A stretch of 64,000 nucleotides of DNA. Origin: Raja brachyura. Its lineage: Eukaryota. Below, piece by piece: positions 1-13,077 of this stretch. Below the pieces are notes generated by a model. That model had not been told where the DNA came from. It searched no databases and saw only the letters and a program-made list of their open reading frames with translations. A program made the position numbers and the translations under genes. Position 1 is the stretch's first letter; every line of letters starts with the position of its first letter. The stretch covers positions 17,794,001-17,858,000 of the forward strand of contig OY740800.1 of NCBI GenBank assembly GCA_963514005.1, read 5' to 3'.

Positions 1-884
1 GTCCAAATGTGGGGTAAGATAGTACTACTGCATGCGCACATATCATTTGGTGGATGTTTCTGGGGATTGATATTCTTGATTACAAATCAAGTTGTTAGAT
101 GAATACTCGTACACCAAGTAGTTGCCAAACAACATTAAACATTAAACTTACTGAACATCACTGCTCTTGTCAGGCTTCCTTCTGCACAAGGTCAGATGGG
201 CAACTATAAAAGTAATGACTTTCTGTGAGTTTGCAACACTCCTCACTTTTTTAAATATTAAAAATAAACATTTTGAAAACGATTTGAGGTTAACTTTATT
301 GCAAGAGATAATTTTAAATACAGTTCTATGTGTTTGGCAATTACTATGGTACTCACCTAGAAAACTTAAGTTAAAATGCTGAACCTTTGCAGATGTTGAA
401 ATCAATGAAAATTATGAAAATGAAAATTGTCACTTTTTAATTAAAAAAATGTATGTATGAGATGACCACTTCACCAATTTACTAAGGGACATGTCACACA
501 TCCCAGAAATTGCTGGATCATCAATATTGTGTAACAATGTAGCTTTAGACTGCTGCAAGGCATTATATACATACTCGTGTTCAGTCACATGGATCTGAGT
601 TGCCATTGATAAATGCATCGGAACTCATGAAGAATCAGAGGCCAGATTTTGAGAGAATATGCACCAGATAAGTCTTAATGGCATGTTCACTTCTAGCTCA
701 ATGCCCACAACTTCATTATAGAATTGTCGAGCAAAAATAAAATAAAAATATGCTGAAATGAATGTTACAAGTACAGGTCTACCACTGATTTTCCAGCAAC
801 TGGTGGTCTGGCAAATCCGTTAATCCAGACAAAAGCACCTGCAGATTAACAAATTAATATGATCATGCAATGGATGAACTTCTG

Positions 885-2568
885 TTACTGGTTGTACCAA
901 CAATTACTGCAGCTGGGAATGGTCTTAAATGGTTGAGTTATCATTCTGAGCATCAATGGGAACCATGGCTGTTTAGGCCAGTTTGAAACCACCAAAACGC
1001 CCGTGGCGGAGTCTTGCTCTCTTTTGGTGAGACATTGCCTAATCAGGCAGAATGGGGGAAAAGCATAGAAGAACATATTTCCCCAATGTAGCGAGAATGC
1101 ATCCACCGCCACTGCTCCTGGTTCAGGCTACCATGAGACGTATTTAGGCACCTGGTGATTTAAACTGGACGCAAACAGATCAATGTCTGGTAACCCATAC
1201 CGACCGACAATCTTTTTGAAACTTGTTGGATTTAACATCCATTCTGTATTGTCTTTGAACTTTCGTGATCTGTTGTCTGCCACAATATTGTCTCTCCCTG
1301 GTAGATAGATAGCTGAAAGCCAGATATTCCGAGATGTACACCAGTGCCACATCAGGTTGACCAGATAATCACATGATACTGATCTTACTCCTCCCATGTG
1401 ATTGATATATGCCACAGCTGTGGTATTGTCTACTTGTAATTGAACATGCAAGTCCTTCATTGTAGAACAATAAGCTTTCAATCCATAAAATGCCCCCAAT
1501 AACTCTAAATAATTGATACCATATGTTTGGAGAATTAAACCCTCTTGGACAGTCCATCTACCACCACAGCTGGTGTCATTGTCCGTAGCCCCCCATCCGA
1601 GAGCACTCACATCAGTTTGCAATACCACTGAAGGTTGCTGAACAAAAATGTTTTTAGTAGCTTGGGCAACATTTCCAGTCCACCACTGTAATTCAGCTAA
1701 AGCTTCCGTTGGTAACTGCATGGACCTATCAAAATGACCTGCACATTCTTTTAGTGCTTGTGCTCTTGCCCGTTGATGACTTTGATAATGCAGAGGACCA
1801 AACTCGACAGCAGGGAATGCTGCTACTATTTTACCAATAACCCTAGCTACTTCACGGATGGAGGGATAAGGTTTGTCAGCAAGGCAACTACAGGCATTTG
1901 TAATATCCCCAACTTTATCTGTTGGCAAAGTTACTAATATAGCAACTGAATTAATGACAAACCCCAAATAACCAATTGTTTGAGATGGCTGTAGCTTAGA
2001 TTTTGTTGGATGGATCAGAAACCCTAGCCTTTCAAACAGGCTTATAGTTGCTGAAACTGATTCTTCAGCTGATTCCTGAGTGGCATTTACAATTAAAATA
2101 TCATCAAGATAAGCCATGACAATGTGATTTTGAGATCTTAATAATGCCAGTGCTGGTTTCAATAATTTTGTGAACAGCCTGGGAGCTGAAGTTAACCCAT
2201 TAGGTAATTCTTTAAATTGCCACAGCTGACCCATCCAATTAAAGTTCAAGTACCTACGATAATGGTGATGAATTCAATTTTGTGAGGTCCAGAATTACTC
2301 TACAACCCCCATCTTTCTTTGGCCTGGGGAATATATTGGACACAAATTGTTGCGGATGATACACCGTACTTTCAATTACTCCTTTATCAAATAAATTTCT
2401 AACTTCTTCTTTTATCTGAGAAGTTTCAGGTGCAGAAAACACCAAAACCCGATTATGTTTATTCTGTACAGGTGGATCAACTCCTTCCGTAAATTCTATT
2501 GTAGAACCTGACACAGTATCTAATATAAATCGATCAGATGTTATATAGCACCATTCATCACAAAACAA
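885..2568 (-). pseudogene. DIRS pol: RT + RNase H + methyltransferase-like domain, disrupted
   Basis: FVSNIFPRPKKDGGCRVILDL (ORF 2254-2568). LPNGLTSAPRLFTK and AYLDD (YLDD at 2100-2111). RNase H motifs LQTDVSALGWG, INYLELL, VDNTTAVAYIN, NIVADNRSR. Then DIDLFAS, an in-frame stop at 1128-1130, and AVDAF..FYAFPPF..WPKQPWFP. Break with deletion near 2250. Confidence 0.88.
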
Positions 2569-2817
2569 TTGTAATCTACCACCAACTGGAGGTTGTTCCC
2601 CAAAAGTTTTCTCTGTGTTGGAATGAAGTTTTTGTACCTCAGCAAATGACCGTGACAGTCTCCTTCTTCCAACAAGTGGGTTGACATTGGGCTGTGATGG
2701 GTAATATTACCTTCTCACCACTCCCCTGCCTCTGCTTGTTCCTGCTCCGGAATCAAACCCCCTTCTCATCCAGCCAGTTCTTTGGCAATACATGAAAGGT
2801 TTCATGAGGCTGATAGT

Positions 2818-3570
2818 CTATGCCTCCTCATCAATTTCTTTAATTTGCTTAGGCAGGTTCTCTCCGAAAAAGTAAGCGGGAACTTGAACATTACTTGATT
2901 TGCACAGACCTGCAAATCTAGGATGCAGTATGGGCCGATTGGCGATTTTCCTCATACAATTGATCTCAAAAGAAGAATTACAAAACAACACCAACATGTC
3001 TTTTTGTAGTTTAGACATTGCACACCCTTCTAGCTGCTTCCCAAAAGCAGTGATGCCAGCCGCAATAAGCTTGAGGACCCGCTGGAAACGTATTTCCTGT
3101 CCTCGCTTCGTTGAACTCATGGGTGTCCAAATTGACGGATACACCGTCGGCACCCTGAGTGACGCACAATTCACAGGTGTTTTATAAAGGTGTACTGTCT
3201 CAACCATGACAGTCTCTTGAAGCTGGTGAGAAACCAAATAGTTTATGTTGGCCGCCAGGTTTTCTTCCATGGCCCCACCGCTCCCTTCTGGCATGGCAAA
3301 GAATTGTGCTACATCAGGTACACCTGGAGTTCTACTCTTGTGCTGTGGTGGGTATTCAAGACCAAAAACACCACCTTCAGGGTCAGTCTCCTGCCGCCCT
3401 GGTACTCCTGGGACTTGCTCAAAGGAGACTTCTTCCAGACCTAAACAAGGGTCTGGAGGTTCACATTCCCATGTTGTATAGGCACCATATTCTTGATATG
3501 GAACCCCCTCAGGGGCTGCCTGGGAATATTCTGGGTCTTTGGACCCTTGGTTGATCAGGTTTTGGAGCAT
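2818..3570 (-). pseudogene. DIRS ORF1 (gag-like) remnant
   Basis: 250-aa ORF directly upstream of pol, with a TPVNC..LRVP.V.PSIW and FGENL.KQIKEI pattern typical of DIRS ORF1. Confidence 0.65.
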
Positions 3571-4671
3571 TTTAGTCTTGCTCTAGGGGGACCTCATCCA
3601 GGCCTAAACAAGGCACTGGAGAGTCAGATTCCCATTTTTAACAGGCACCATACTCAGTGTATGGAACTCCTTCGGAGGCTGCCTGGGAAATCTTTGGGTC
3701 TTTGGACCCTTGACTGAGTAAAGTGTGGAGCATTTCCTCCATTTCCAGTCTCCCCCACATTCTTGTCCTGTCTTGGAGGAGAGTTACTTTCTTTTACATT
3801 TTCTTGTGTACTTGTGCATAAAACTAAGAAAACTGCATCTGGTAACACGTACTCAGAGCAGACCTTGTTTGTACTTTCCTATCGTTGTGGCCTCAGTGCC
3901 CTGCGACGCTAGAGCAGCTGGAGGGTTATTAACTACGGAAAAAACGGCCACTGGTATCGGAACCAGCACCGCACTTATCTATTTTCCCAAGCGCTGCGAT
4001 GGGACCCACGTGACCCACGCTTGCTCCTCCCGCTGAACCACAGGCTCCTGCTAACTCGCAAGCCAGCCTTACGGAGTTTAACTCTCGTTGGAAAGTTTTT
4101 TTAAAAAGACTTACCTGCGAGGTTTTCTACTTACCACTGGTGGAGCTGCGCTCTCCAGCTCCGTTCAAAGCGACATGCGTCGATGTAATGACGCGCATGC
4201 GCCTGACGGGGCTTCTAACGTAGTCACTCACGTGACTCCGAAGTAAAATGGTTATCAACCTGTAGCAGTATCAATTTGCATGTCTATGGAAATTTTTAGT
4301 CAGCCACTTCATTCTCAGTCTGTCCCCGTCATTACTGCTTGTAGATTTGATAATGTATGATCTCAGTTCCTCATTGATCAAATGTACTTCCAAACTATGA
4401 ACTCCCCCTTCCTCCTGTTGTTTCAGGAGAGGCTTTTCTTGCTTGTCCTAGCCCAGGATCTGCAAGCTGATGAAACCTGGCCTTTCTTTTGGTGACTTAG
4501 GCCTTTAGTTATCCTAAACGGACAAAGCTGAGATGAATGACAGGCTTGAACTATCAGCAGTTGACTGAAATAGTCTTGCCAGTATCAAACTAGGTTTCAT
4601 GGTTTTGAAATATGCCCTAGACATCTGACTGGACAGCAATCATGTCACTGTTTTGGTGATTGAAATTCTCT

Positions 4672-4941
4672 GGTTTAGTTTTGAGATACAGGGCGGAAAC
4701 AAGCCCCTTGACCCACCGAGTCTGCACCGACCCCTGATCGGCCCATACACTAGCACGATCATATGTCTAGGGACAATTTACAATTTTATCAAAACCAATT
4801 AACCTACAAACCTGTACATCTTTGTAGTGTGGATGGAAACCAGAACAACTGAAGAAAACCCACGTGGTCACAGGGAGGACAAACTATGTGCAGACAGCAC
4901 CCTTAGTCAGGATCGAACCCCGGTCTCTCGTGCTGTGCCAC
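4672..4941 (-). mobile_element. tRNA-derived SINE (HE1/V-SINE-like)
   Basis: tRNA-like head (ggttcgatcctgact on -), central core, CR1-like 3' end and (ctaaa)n tail. Confidence 0.8.
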
Positions 4942-6618
4942 CCTATTTCTTAACATATTCTATCTGTCACAGCAATTTTCTGGAACCATACCAGTTTACT
5001 TTGACACTTGGATAGTTCATTTGCCATGTGTAAATAACAGAATGATTGAAAATTAATTGGTGGATCAGAGATTAGTGGCAATTCTCCTGTTGCTGTGTTA
5101 TCTCACAGATCTATAAGTCATTGCTTTGCTCAATAAATGTGACCAAATCTAACCTTGCCGCTGTTTACAAAACAGATTCCCCTTGCATCAGAACATATGC
5201 CAAACATCTTGAGAAATCAGTCCCATATGTATACTCCTATACAATGGGGAAGAACACAAAGTGCTGCATCTAAGTGAGATGTTCATGTGTTGACACATAA
5301 TCAGAAATATTGTTCTAGAATATCCTTAACTAAGTTAGGAATCAAAAATATTTTTGCAAGATTAGAGAATCTTGAAGGGAGCAAATGTTAATAACTTACC
5401 CCTAACTGTGAATTTGAGGAACAATAATAATAACCTAATATAACAAAATTAATTAAAATATAACAAATCCCTCACAACAACTAAGATCAAGTCAACAAAA
5501 TATGCTGAATGTTACTCTAGCCTCAGTTTCTCTTTAATCCTGTAAGGGTTTTTTTGTGATAAATTTTGAGTTAAAACTATACTACTGTCAATGTCATCCT
5601 TAAAGTCAGGATGATAAACCACAATCACTAATAGCAAAGACCATCTGGTGCATATTTGTTCATCATTCAGGAAGTTCTCCACAGTTGTCACTATTTGAAA
5701 ACTGGATTTCTTCGTCAGTAAGCTATTCAAAAGAGGCCTGATGATTAATTGCGATAAGAAAACAAAATTTACATTTCAAACGGGTTCAAACACAAATAAA
5801 TGCCTAAAAATGGGTACACAAAGACCAGTCGATTGTACTATGGCATTTGTTTAATTCTTTAATTATTGCAGCAAAATATCAAAATATTAGAACACCTACA
5901 ATAAATTGGTGAAGTGGTCACAAATTACATGCAAATCTAACAGCATAAACTAATTATTATTCATATTCAGATAAAGCCAGATAAAATTATTCTTTTGTTT
6001 CTAAAACCATATGGAAGAGGGTTGAGCTAGAATGTTCTTGGTGAACATCATGTAAATCTTCATGTTTACGTTATATGGCAACCCTCATTTTTTGCCCACA
6101 TCATATAAATGTCATGTATTAATGGCAGTCATAATGACTGATTTGTTTTCACAATACACTTCTGCAAATGTAGCCCAAACTATGACCTCCTGCGACAATT
6201 CCTGGTTTCTTCCACAGGAGGAGAGCAGTTTTGAAAAGGAGGTTCTAATATGCTAACAAAAACAAGAATCAGGGAGTGCTGAACAGCTGAATGATTGAGT
6301 GCTGAATGATTTCCCATCATTTTGCAGTTGGAGATCATGGCAAGGATGGGGTAGTCAAAGTGAACAGAACACATAATATTGGGCCAGGCAAGATCACTAT
6401 CTACGGCAACATTCGGTGCGAATGGGCTGGTTTTAGGACACTCAGTAATGATAACAAGTTAAAGAAAGCCCCCGCTTGAATATGGTTGTCTAGGACCCGC
6501 CTGTGGCTATCCAAGGTGTCATATACTCTTAACCAGTTATGACATGTTTCAAGTTTCTTCCTGCAGTTACATTTTGCATTCAGTAAGTGTGTGGTTTAAG
6601 ATCACTGAGCATGCCTAA

Positions 6619-6913
6619 AAGCTCTGTCCCACGGTACGAGTTAATTCCAAGAGCTCTCCCGAGTTTTAAAAAAAAATCAAACTCGTGGTAAGCACGGAGA
6701 ATGAACGTAGCGGGTACATCGGAGCTCGTGGACGTCTCTTAGCGCTAACGGCAGGTAAGCACGGGAAGACTCGTGAAGATTTTTCAACATGATGAAAAAT
6801 GTCCACGAGAGCCCCGAGTACCGACGAGTGGCCATTACCGTAAATCTCCGAGTTCGAATCAGGGCAAACTCAGGAGAACTCTTGGAATGAACTCGTACTG
6901 TGGGACAGGGCTT
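6619..6913. mobile_element. PIF/Harbinger-type MITE
   Basis: TIRs aagctctgtcccacggtacgagtt / aactcgtactgtgggacagggctt, flanked by TAA and TTA. Confidence 0.7.
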
Positions 6914-8241
6914 TTAGTGTTCCAAGCACTGGATCTTCAGCAATCATGCCAGCCCACTGTCTCTGCTCCATTTAAAACTGGGCCACCAAACCCAAAGATT
7001 GGGGCATTATTGAGAGAAATAATACAGACAGGACTAATTAAAACACAAGAATTGGGACCGTGTAATATCTGGCCTTATCCAACATATTACTATCAGCACT
7101 AATAATCTATTCTAATGTACAATTTGATTGAATCTTTCTAACTCACAAACTTTTAATATTAGCAATCGGTTTTACTGAAAAATAAAATTACAGCAAAATG
7201 AAAATACTACTTTACTGTGTGTGGTTTTATGTAATTGGTGGGTACATCTAATCATGTTTGTTTTTATGTACTGGTAAGTATTATTTTTGATGTTGTAAAA
7301 GTTAATGCATTGTACTGAATATAAATGCACATAACTCATTATATCTGGGTCAATTTTTGTGGATTGGGTGTAGCAAGAAATGTTATTAAGATCAACAAAT
7401 TCAGAAATGTTTGCCTGTTTAAATATTGACGAGGAGAAATGTTTTCAGATTTGAATGTTGCTGGTCCTAAACTGAAATGCTACTCCCTGTGATAGAACAG
7501 TATTTTGTTTGTTTCATGCTGTCAATTAATTTATTTTGAACTATCTCACAGCTACTCACTGCAAAGAACGAGTTCTTTCTGCTGCTTTCTGCTGGGGTGC
7601 TTTATTAATGTTTGCGTTATGTTCGCTTACTGCATTAATTCAACCTCCCGTGATTCTTTTTGTTTAAAGCTATTTACTTGTGAATAAATTGAAAGGCATT
7701 TATAATGCAACTGATCATTACCTCAAGTAAATGTTGATTTACTTAGCGAGTTGGCTTGTAGAATTGCTAATATTTCACATAGTCTTTTTCAGCCACATTA
7801 TTTGTAGATTATTCATTGAGTTCCTTGCCACAGTGATGCATTAGAAACCTTACTGCACAGTGCTCATTTTCAGTTGCTAAATGACATTCTCAGCCCACAA
7901 TGTGACTGACAGGAAGCATCTGCTGCCCGCCAGCTGTGACTGATACACCCACAATATTAACATAGACAAAAATGGCTATCAGAGCACACACTGCAAACAA
8001 ATACGAGTTCCTTTGCATATTGAAATAATGTATTTAATGTTTTCAGCCTTATCTGTAACACTGAGTTACCTTTAACAGATTCAGCTCTGGGTTGGCTGCC
8101 TTTAGGAAAACTAAGTCTGAATGCGAGTTTGCAGCTTGTCCTTTAAGGGGTTCCTGCAGGATGCATTCAACAAATTAAGTTGTACAAATGCTGCTTGTGG
8201 TTTTGAGAAAGATAGGGCTTCACCGCTGACTTGAGGGGTGG

Positions 8242-8540
8242 AACGGTGCCGCAGCTCATGGAGATGCTATTGCATTGCTCCAGTGATCTGGATTGAATCC
8301 TGATCTTCTCTGTGCTGACAGTGTAGAGTTTATGTATTCATCCTGTCACTGTGCTGCTTTCTCATGGGTGCGCTGGTTCCTTTTCACAACCCAAAAACAT
8401 GTAAATTGGTGGGCTAATTGACTGCTGTAAACTACCCTTAATGTGTAGCAATGGAAGAATCCAGTGGGAATACAATGGGATAAGTGTAGGGATAACGTAA
8501 ATGGTTGATCGGCTGAAAGGCCTGTCTCTGTGCCATGTGG
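8242..8540 (+). mobile_element. Old tRNA-derived SINE (HE1/V-SINE-like)
   Basis: Degenerate head, core and ggctgaaaggcctgtctctgtg tail, similar to the other copies. Confidence 0.65.
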
Positions 8541-9732
8541 CTCTTATACCCTCACAGTCAAACAGTGAGCTAAGGTCCACCACTATCCTCATGCCTTCAA
8601 TTAGGCAGATTCAATGTTCTGGGTTGCTTTATATTTGGCAGCTTGTAATCTGTAATTAGCAGGCAAATGAAATGTGATGCCTCTGCAATGAATGGGGGTG
8701 AATGGTGAAATGAGTGATTCAGGAAACAGCACCCTATCAAATACAGTACAAGTTCCCTGATTGCGTTCGACAATATAGAATATTAAATTATTTCTTTTTC
8801 AAAAAATAGGCTTTCACATATTCTCGTCAGTCTGACTGCTTTGAGATGTCATGAACGTTGTCATTTAATCTTTGTCATTTGTCATCCTATCTTCCAACCT
8901 GTCACAGATCTTTCCTTTTGTCATTTCCACTTTCCAATGATGTCTAGTTGCTTAGAACCACAAACGTCAAGCATTTTGTTGTGCTAATGAAAAGCTATTG
9001 AACGGAAACATTAGTAAAAAAACAACCATTGGAGAAACTCGAAGGTTTCAACAGCATCTGTGGAGGCAATTGGACAGACGGCATTTTGCATCAGGCCCCT
9101 TCTGATGCAGTGAAACTGAAACATTCATTAACTCTCCGGCTAGCTAGCTAAGTGTTTTCAGCATTTTATATTTTTAATATTCTTCATGGTGGAAATGTTA
9201 AATATTAGAGATCGCAGGTGGGAGGAGCATGGTTAAAAAGAGAAATCCAAGATGAGCTTTTTACACAGAGAATGGTGGAGGTATGAAACACACTGCCAGG
9301 ATGGAAGCAGATGCAGTGGCAACATTTAAGATGCACTTAGAGAGGCAATGAATATGCAGGGGATGGTAGGATATGGATCATATGGAATCCTGGTCATCGA
9401 AGACATTGTGAGCCGAGGGGCCTGATCCTGTGCTGTATTATTCATGTTCTATGTTTCCTGCACAATTTAGGTTTATGTTTATCAATGTCACATGTACTGT
9501 GATATGGTGAAAAGCTTTATTGTGCATTCTATCTCATAAAATCATATAATACTACACATCAATACAATCAGGCCAAACTCAAGTACCATAGGTAGAGTGA
9601 GGCATGTAGTTCTCAGCACTCTAGTGCAACAGTTCCAGAAACAAACTCCAACTCGCAATGAGATAGAGGAGAATCACACTGTAACATAGCTTGTCGAAGG
9701 ACCGTTCAGAAGCCTGATAACAGACGGGAAGA

Positions 9733-9874
9733 TGTGTAGGAAAGAACTGCAGATGCTGGTTTAAATCAAAGGTAGACACAAAATGCTGGAGAAGGGTCTC
9801 GACCCGAAACATCACCCATTCCTTCTCTCCAGAGATGCTGCCTGTTCTGCTGAGTTACTCCTGAATTTTGTGTC
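9733..9874 (+). mobile_element. Short Penelope-type repeat with hammerhead-like core, TSD-flanked
   Basis: Contains gaagggtctcgacccgaaac. Flanked by taacagacgggaaga (9718-9732) and taacagatgggagga (9875-9889). Confidence 0.7.
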
Positions 9875-12809
9875 TAACAGATGGGAGGAGGCTGTTTTTC
9901 AGTTTGGTAGTGCACACAGTGTTCTTATAGCTATGTCAAATTGTTTATTAAATAGCAATTCCCTTTAGAGCAGTTAATGCCTATATCTCTGTTTGTAACA
10001 AGGCAGATGTTTTCTGTATGTGCTAAAAAAAAGCTGGTTTGCATTTTGAGCAGGGAGATGAGCTGGTGAGAGCTGTTGCTGCTTGCAACCCATGGCCTTA
10101 CCTTTGTGTTAACCTAAAAAGAGTAACTTCTTGACCATTTTATGACCAGAAATCAGAGTTCAGCAACTGAAATATTGCATAATTGCAAAGGTTTAAAACG
10201 TTAAAGTAAAATAACAACTAGGAAAATTAATGGCGCACATAACTAAGAGAGTTACTGTTATGTTGTTGAAGACATAATGTTGTCACAGTCTGTATGTTCA
10301 TTCTTTTTTCAGCCATTGTTCTGCAAAACCAGGTGTCCTTTCCAAATTCCATGTATCACCAAGATGCAATGTTGCATGTTTCTTTCCTCACCCAAATCTC
10401 TGCATTTAATGTATTCTTTTGTCACCTCAGGTTCACTTTCACCAAAGTCTATTGCAATGCAAACTATTTTGCACAGCCATAAATGTCAGCGAGAAAGCTA
10501 TAAGCTTCAGCGGCTTTGCAAAAATGCAGTGGGTGTATCTGGAATGATTCAAGTCCAATTTCCTTGTTCATCATCTCCACTAGCGCTTCTCTCTTATGTT
10601 TCAAAATGTAATCTTTAATTTCTCATCTTCAACAACAACCCAATCAGGCATTCATTGCCTAACCAACGTGTGAGACACATGATGTACGTAAGAGATCAAA
10701 TCCTGATAACTTCTTGTGCTATTACAAACAAATTCTCGTGTGAAACTAGGAACCTTTAATACAATTTACAATACTCACTCTACATCAGTTAACCACAGAA
10801 ATTGATTTATTAGTAGTTAAACACACAATGTTACTTTATTCAGATCAGTCTGGATAAAAACATGAGTTTCTGCTAAACAGAATATCAGCCAATAATGTAA
10901 CATAATATTCAAGGTCATCGAGCCTTAATCTTAAAATCTGCAGTGAGTTTCAGCACGGTACAAACTGTGGGCCATCGTGTTCCAGCAGGACTTTTCCCAG
11001 GCCCAGGCTCCCTGTTACTCTGAAGAGTTCCATCATTTGTAACCTTTTCTTCGTCACATTTCACACACAAGTCAACTGTGTAGCAAAACTGGCATCTCGT
11101 TTTCTCTACCAAGAACTCCCTATTCTCAATCAATTGTTCATGCAGTATTTTACACATCTAAATAGCTTCTCTCCAACCATTGGCAAGATTTTATAAATAC
11201 TCATAATCTATTCGAGAGAGAGATCATTATATTTTTTTCTCATGCAATACTCTAGTTGTCCCATTTCTTGCCATTGCATGGATTACAATTTGTTTTGCTT
11301 TTGCTTTTTAATATTTTCTTCTTTAACCAACCACTCTGTGGGACTTTACCATGGCATTTTCTTTGGCCTCTGTGGTAACCAATATGTTGCTTCTCCCTTT
11401 GTCACTTAGTTTATTCTGATGACCTTTTCCACGGTATGGTCTCTTCTAATAATGGTGATAGCGCCATGCATCTGTCGGCATTGCTTCCTGTCTTTATGGG
11501 CAGCTTTAGTTATTTCCATTGTATACTTTGTTACATTAATATATTTGTCAAGTCCTGACATTGTAGACACAATGTGTACAAAGTGTAAGGTTCATGAATT
11601 TACTGCCAGTGCTGGCTACAGATATCTTTACTAAGTTAAACATAACCTTGTCAATGGGTCTATATATTTACCATTTGTCCCATAGAGAAATAAACAATAT
11701 CATCCGCTCATGGTTTTACTGAGGAAGTAACTAATGTTGCAACTTCTGTTCTTATCCCACTCTGAATGTGAACAAAAGTTCATTTTTTTTAAATAGTTTT
11801 GATTACAAATTTCCACCCTGTAAATAACTGTGATTCATCATCGCATGCTAGGAATTCTTTTTAGTTTCAGCATTTAATATTCCTCATTAACAAAAGACCA
11901 AGCTGATAAGGCCTTTTCGTGTTTTATATCATTCATATCCTGCAGCATTCTAACAGTCAACAAAATCACCATTGAATTGATCGCAGTTACAGCAAGACTA
12001 TGTAAAATGAAGAATGCAAACATTCTTAATCATGAGATGAAAGCAAACCCTCATCGCATGTATCTATGTATGTCAATGTTTTACATTAATTATGGAATCA
12101 GTACTATTATTTGCAGAGATTAACAACTGGTTGGGAATATTTTATTAAATTATAATATAATCAGAGACTTTTAATATATTAATTAGATAACAGAGCAAGT
12201 ATTTTACTTTAAATACATCGGGGTGGATATTTAACATGGAAATGCCTTCTTTTCGGAGAGGATTTATGAAATTTTGAAATGGCGCTGAGAAAAATAAATT
12301 AATCTATGAAAGAAAATGTACTAGAGCCCTCTTGGAAGGATTCTTATGATCACTGATTAGCACATTAAGCAGGCAGATAATTTAATCAACCCGCACCTTT
12401 ATGCTGACTCTGTCGTTACTGAATATCAATTTCTTATTTGTGCCCACTCTCAATCTTGAATTTCTGAACAGTGTGCACCAACGCAAAGGACTCACCAACA
12501 TGATATTTACTAGAAGTAGACAAAAAAGCTGGATAAACTCAGCGGGGGAGGCAGCATCTATGGAGCGAAGGAATAGGCGATGTTTTGGGTCTTCTTCTTC
12601 TTCAGACTGAAAAAGGGTTTACTAAAGGTTTGTGCTGGAACAAGTTACCTACCGACATGGATTCCCTTGCAGATGTTCCTAATGGAATAGAGTGTGGCTG
12701 GAGAATGAAATGAGACAGTTGAAGAAAGATAAGCTTCCAGATGAATTCAGGTGGGAAAGCTCTCAGAAGGAGGCCATATTTGCCACTACTCTCCACCAAA
12801 TATTTCCCT

Positions 12810-13077
12810 CCAACCAAGACCTCAACGGTGGAACAGGCGGAGGACGGTGACTGATCTCAGTGGAAAGTCACAACGGCTGGGTAGGCGGATGAAGGCTGCA
12901 GCAGGAAAGGGTCTCCAGTCGTCTTGGATGCCACTGGATCCTGACCCAGATATGTCAAGGACTGTCTGTGCACCAGTCTCCCACGTTAAATAAAGTCATG
13001 CACAGGCATCCTCCATATAGGGAATAGCACCCTGGAGACACCCGTGGTCAGCCATGACCAAAGGGGGCCGAAGAAGA
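12810..13077 (+). mobile_element. Short retroposon with (GAA)n tail, possibly RTE-related
   Basis: GC-rich body, 3' hairpin tggtca-gcca-tgacca, then agggggcc and gaagaaga. Flanking atttccct at 12802-12809 and 13078-13085. Confidence 0.55.

Larger units (their letters stand above)
885..4248 (-). mobile_element. DIRS1-like tyrosine-recombinase retrotransposon, 3'-truncated and decayed
   Basis: Order on - strand: gag-like ORF, RT (YLDD), RNase H, then DLFAS/FYAFPPF methyltransferase-like domain. A GC-rich leader ends near 4248 (ttttacttcggagtcacgtgagtgactacg on -). No recombinase ORF is visible after ~885. Confidence 0.88.

Noticed and set aside
148-618. Short ORFs 148-405 and 430-618
   Set aside because: AT-rich, with no recognisable motif or consistent splice structure.
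5512-5730. 72-aa minus-strand ORF
   Set aside because: No recognisable homology; length is expected by chance.
7895-7950. Repeated tgtgactga with E-box and ETS-like motifs as a possible enhancer
   Set aside because: Short motifs arise by chance. This cannot be supported without conservation or chromatin data.
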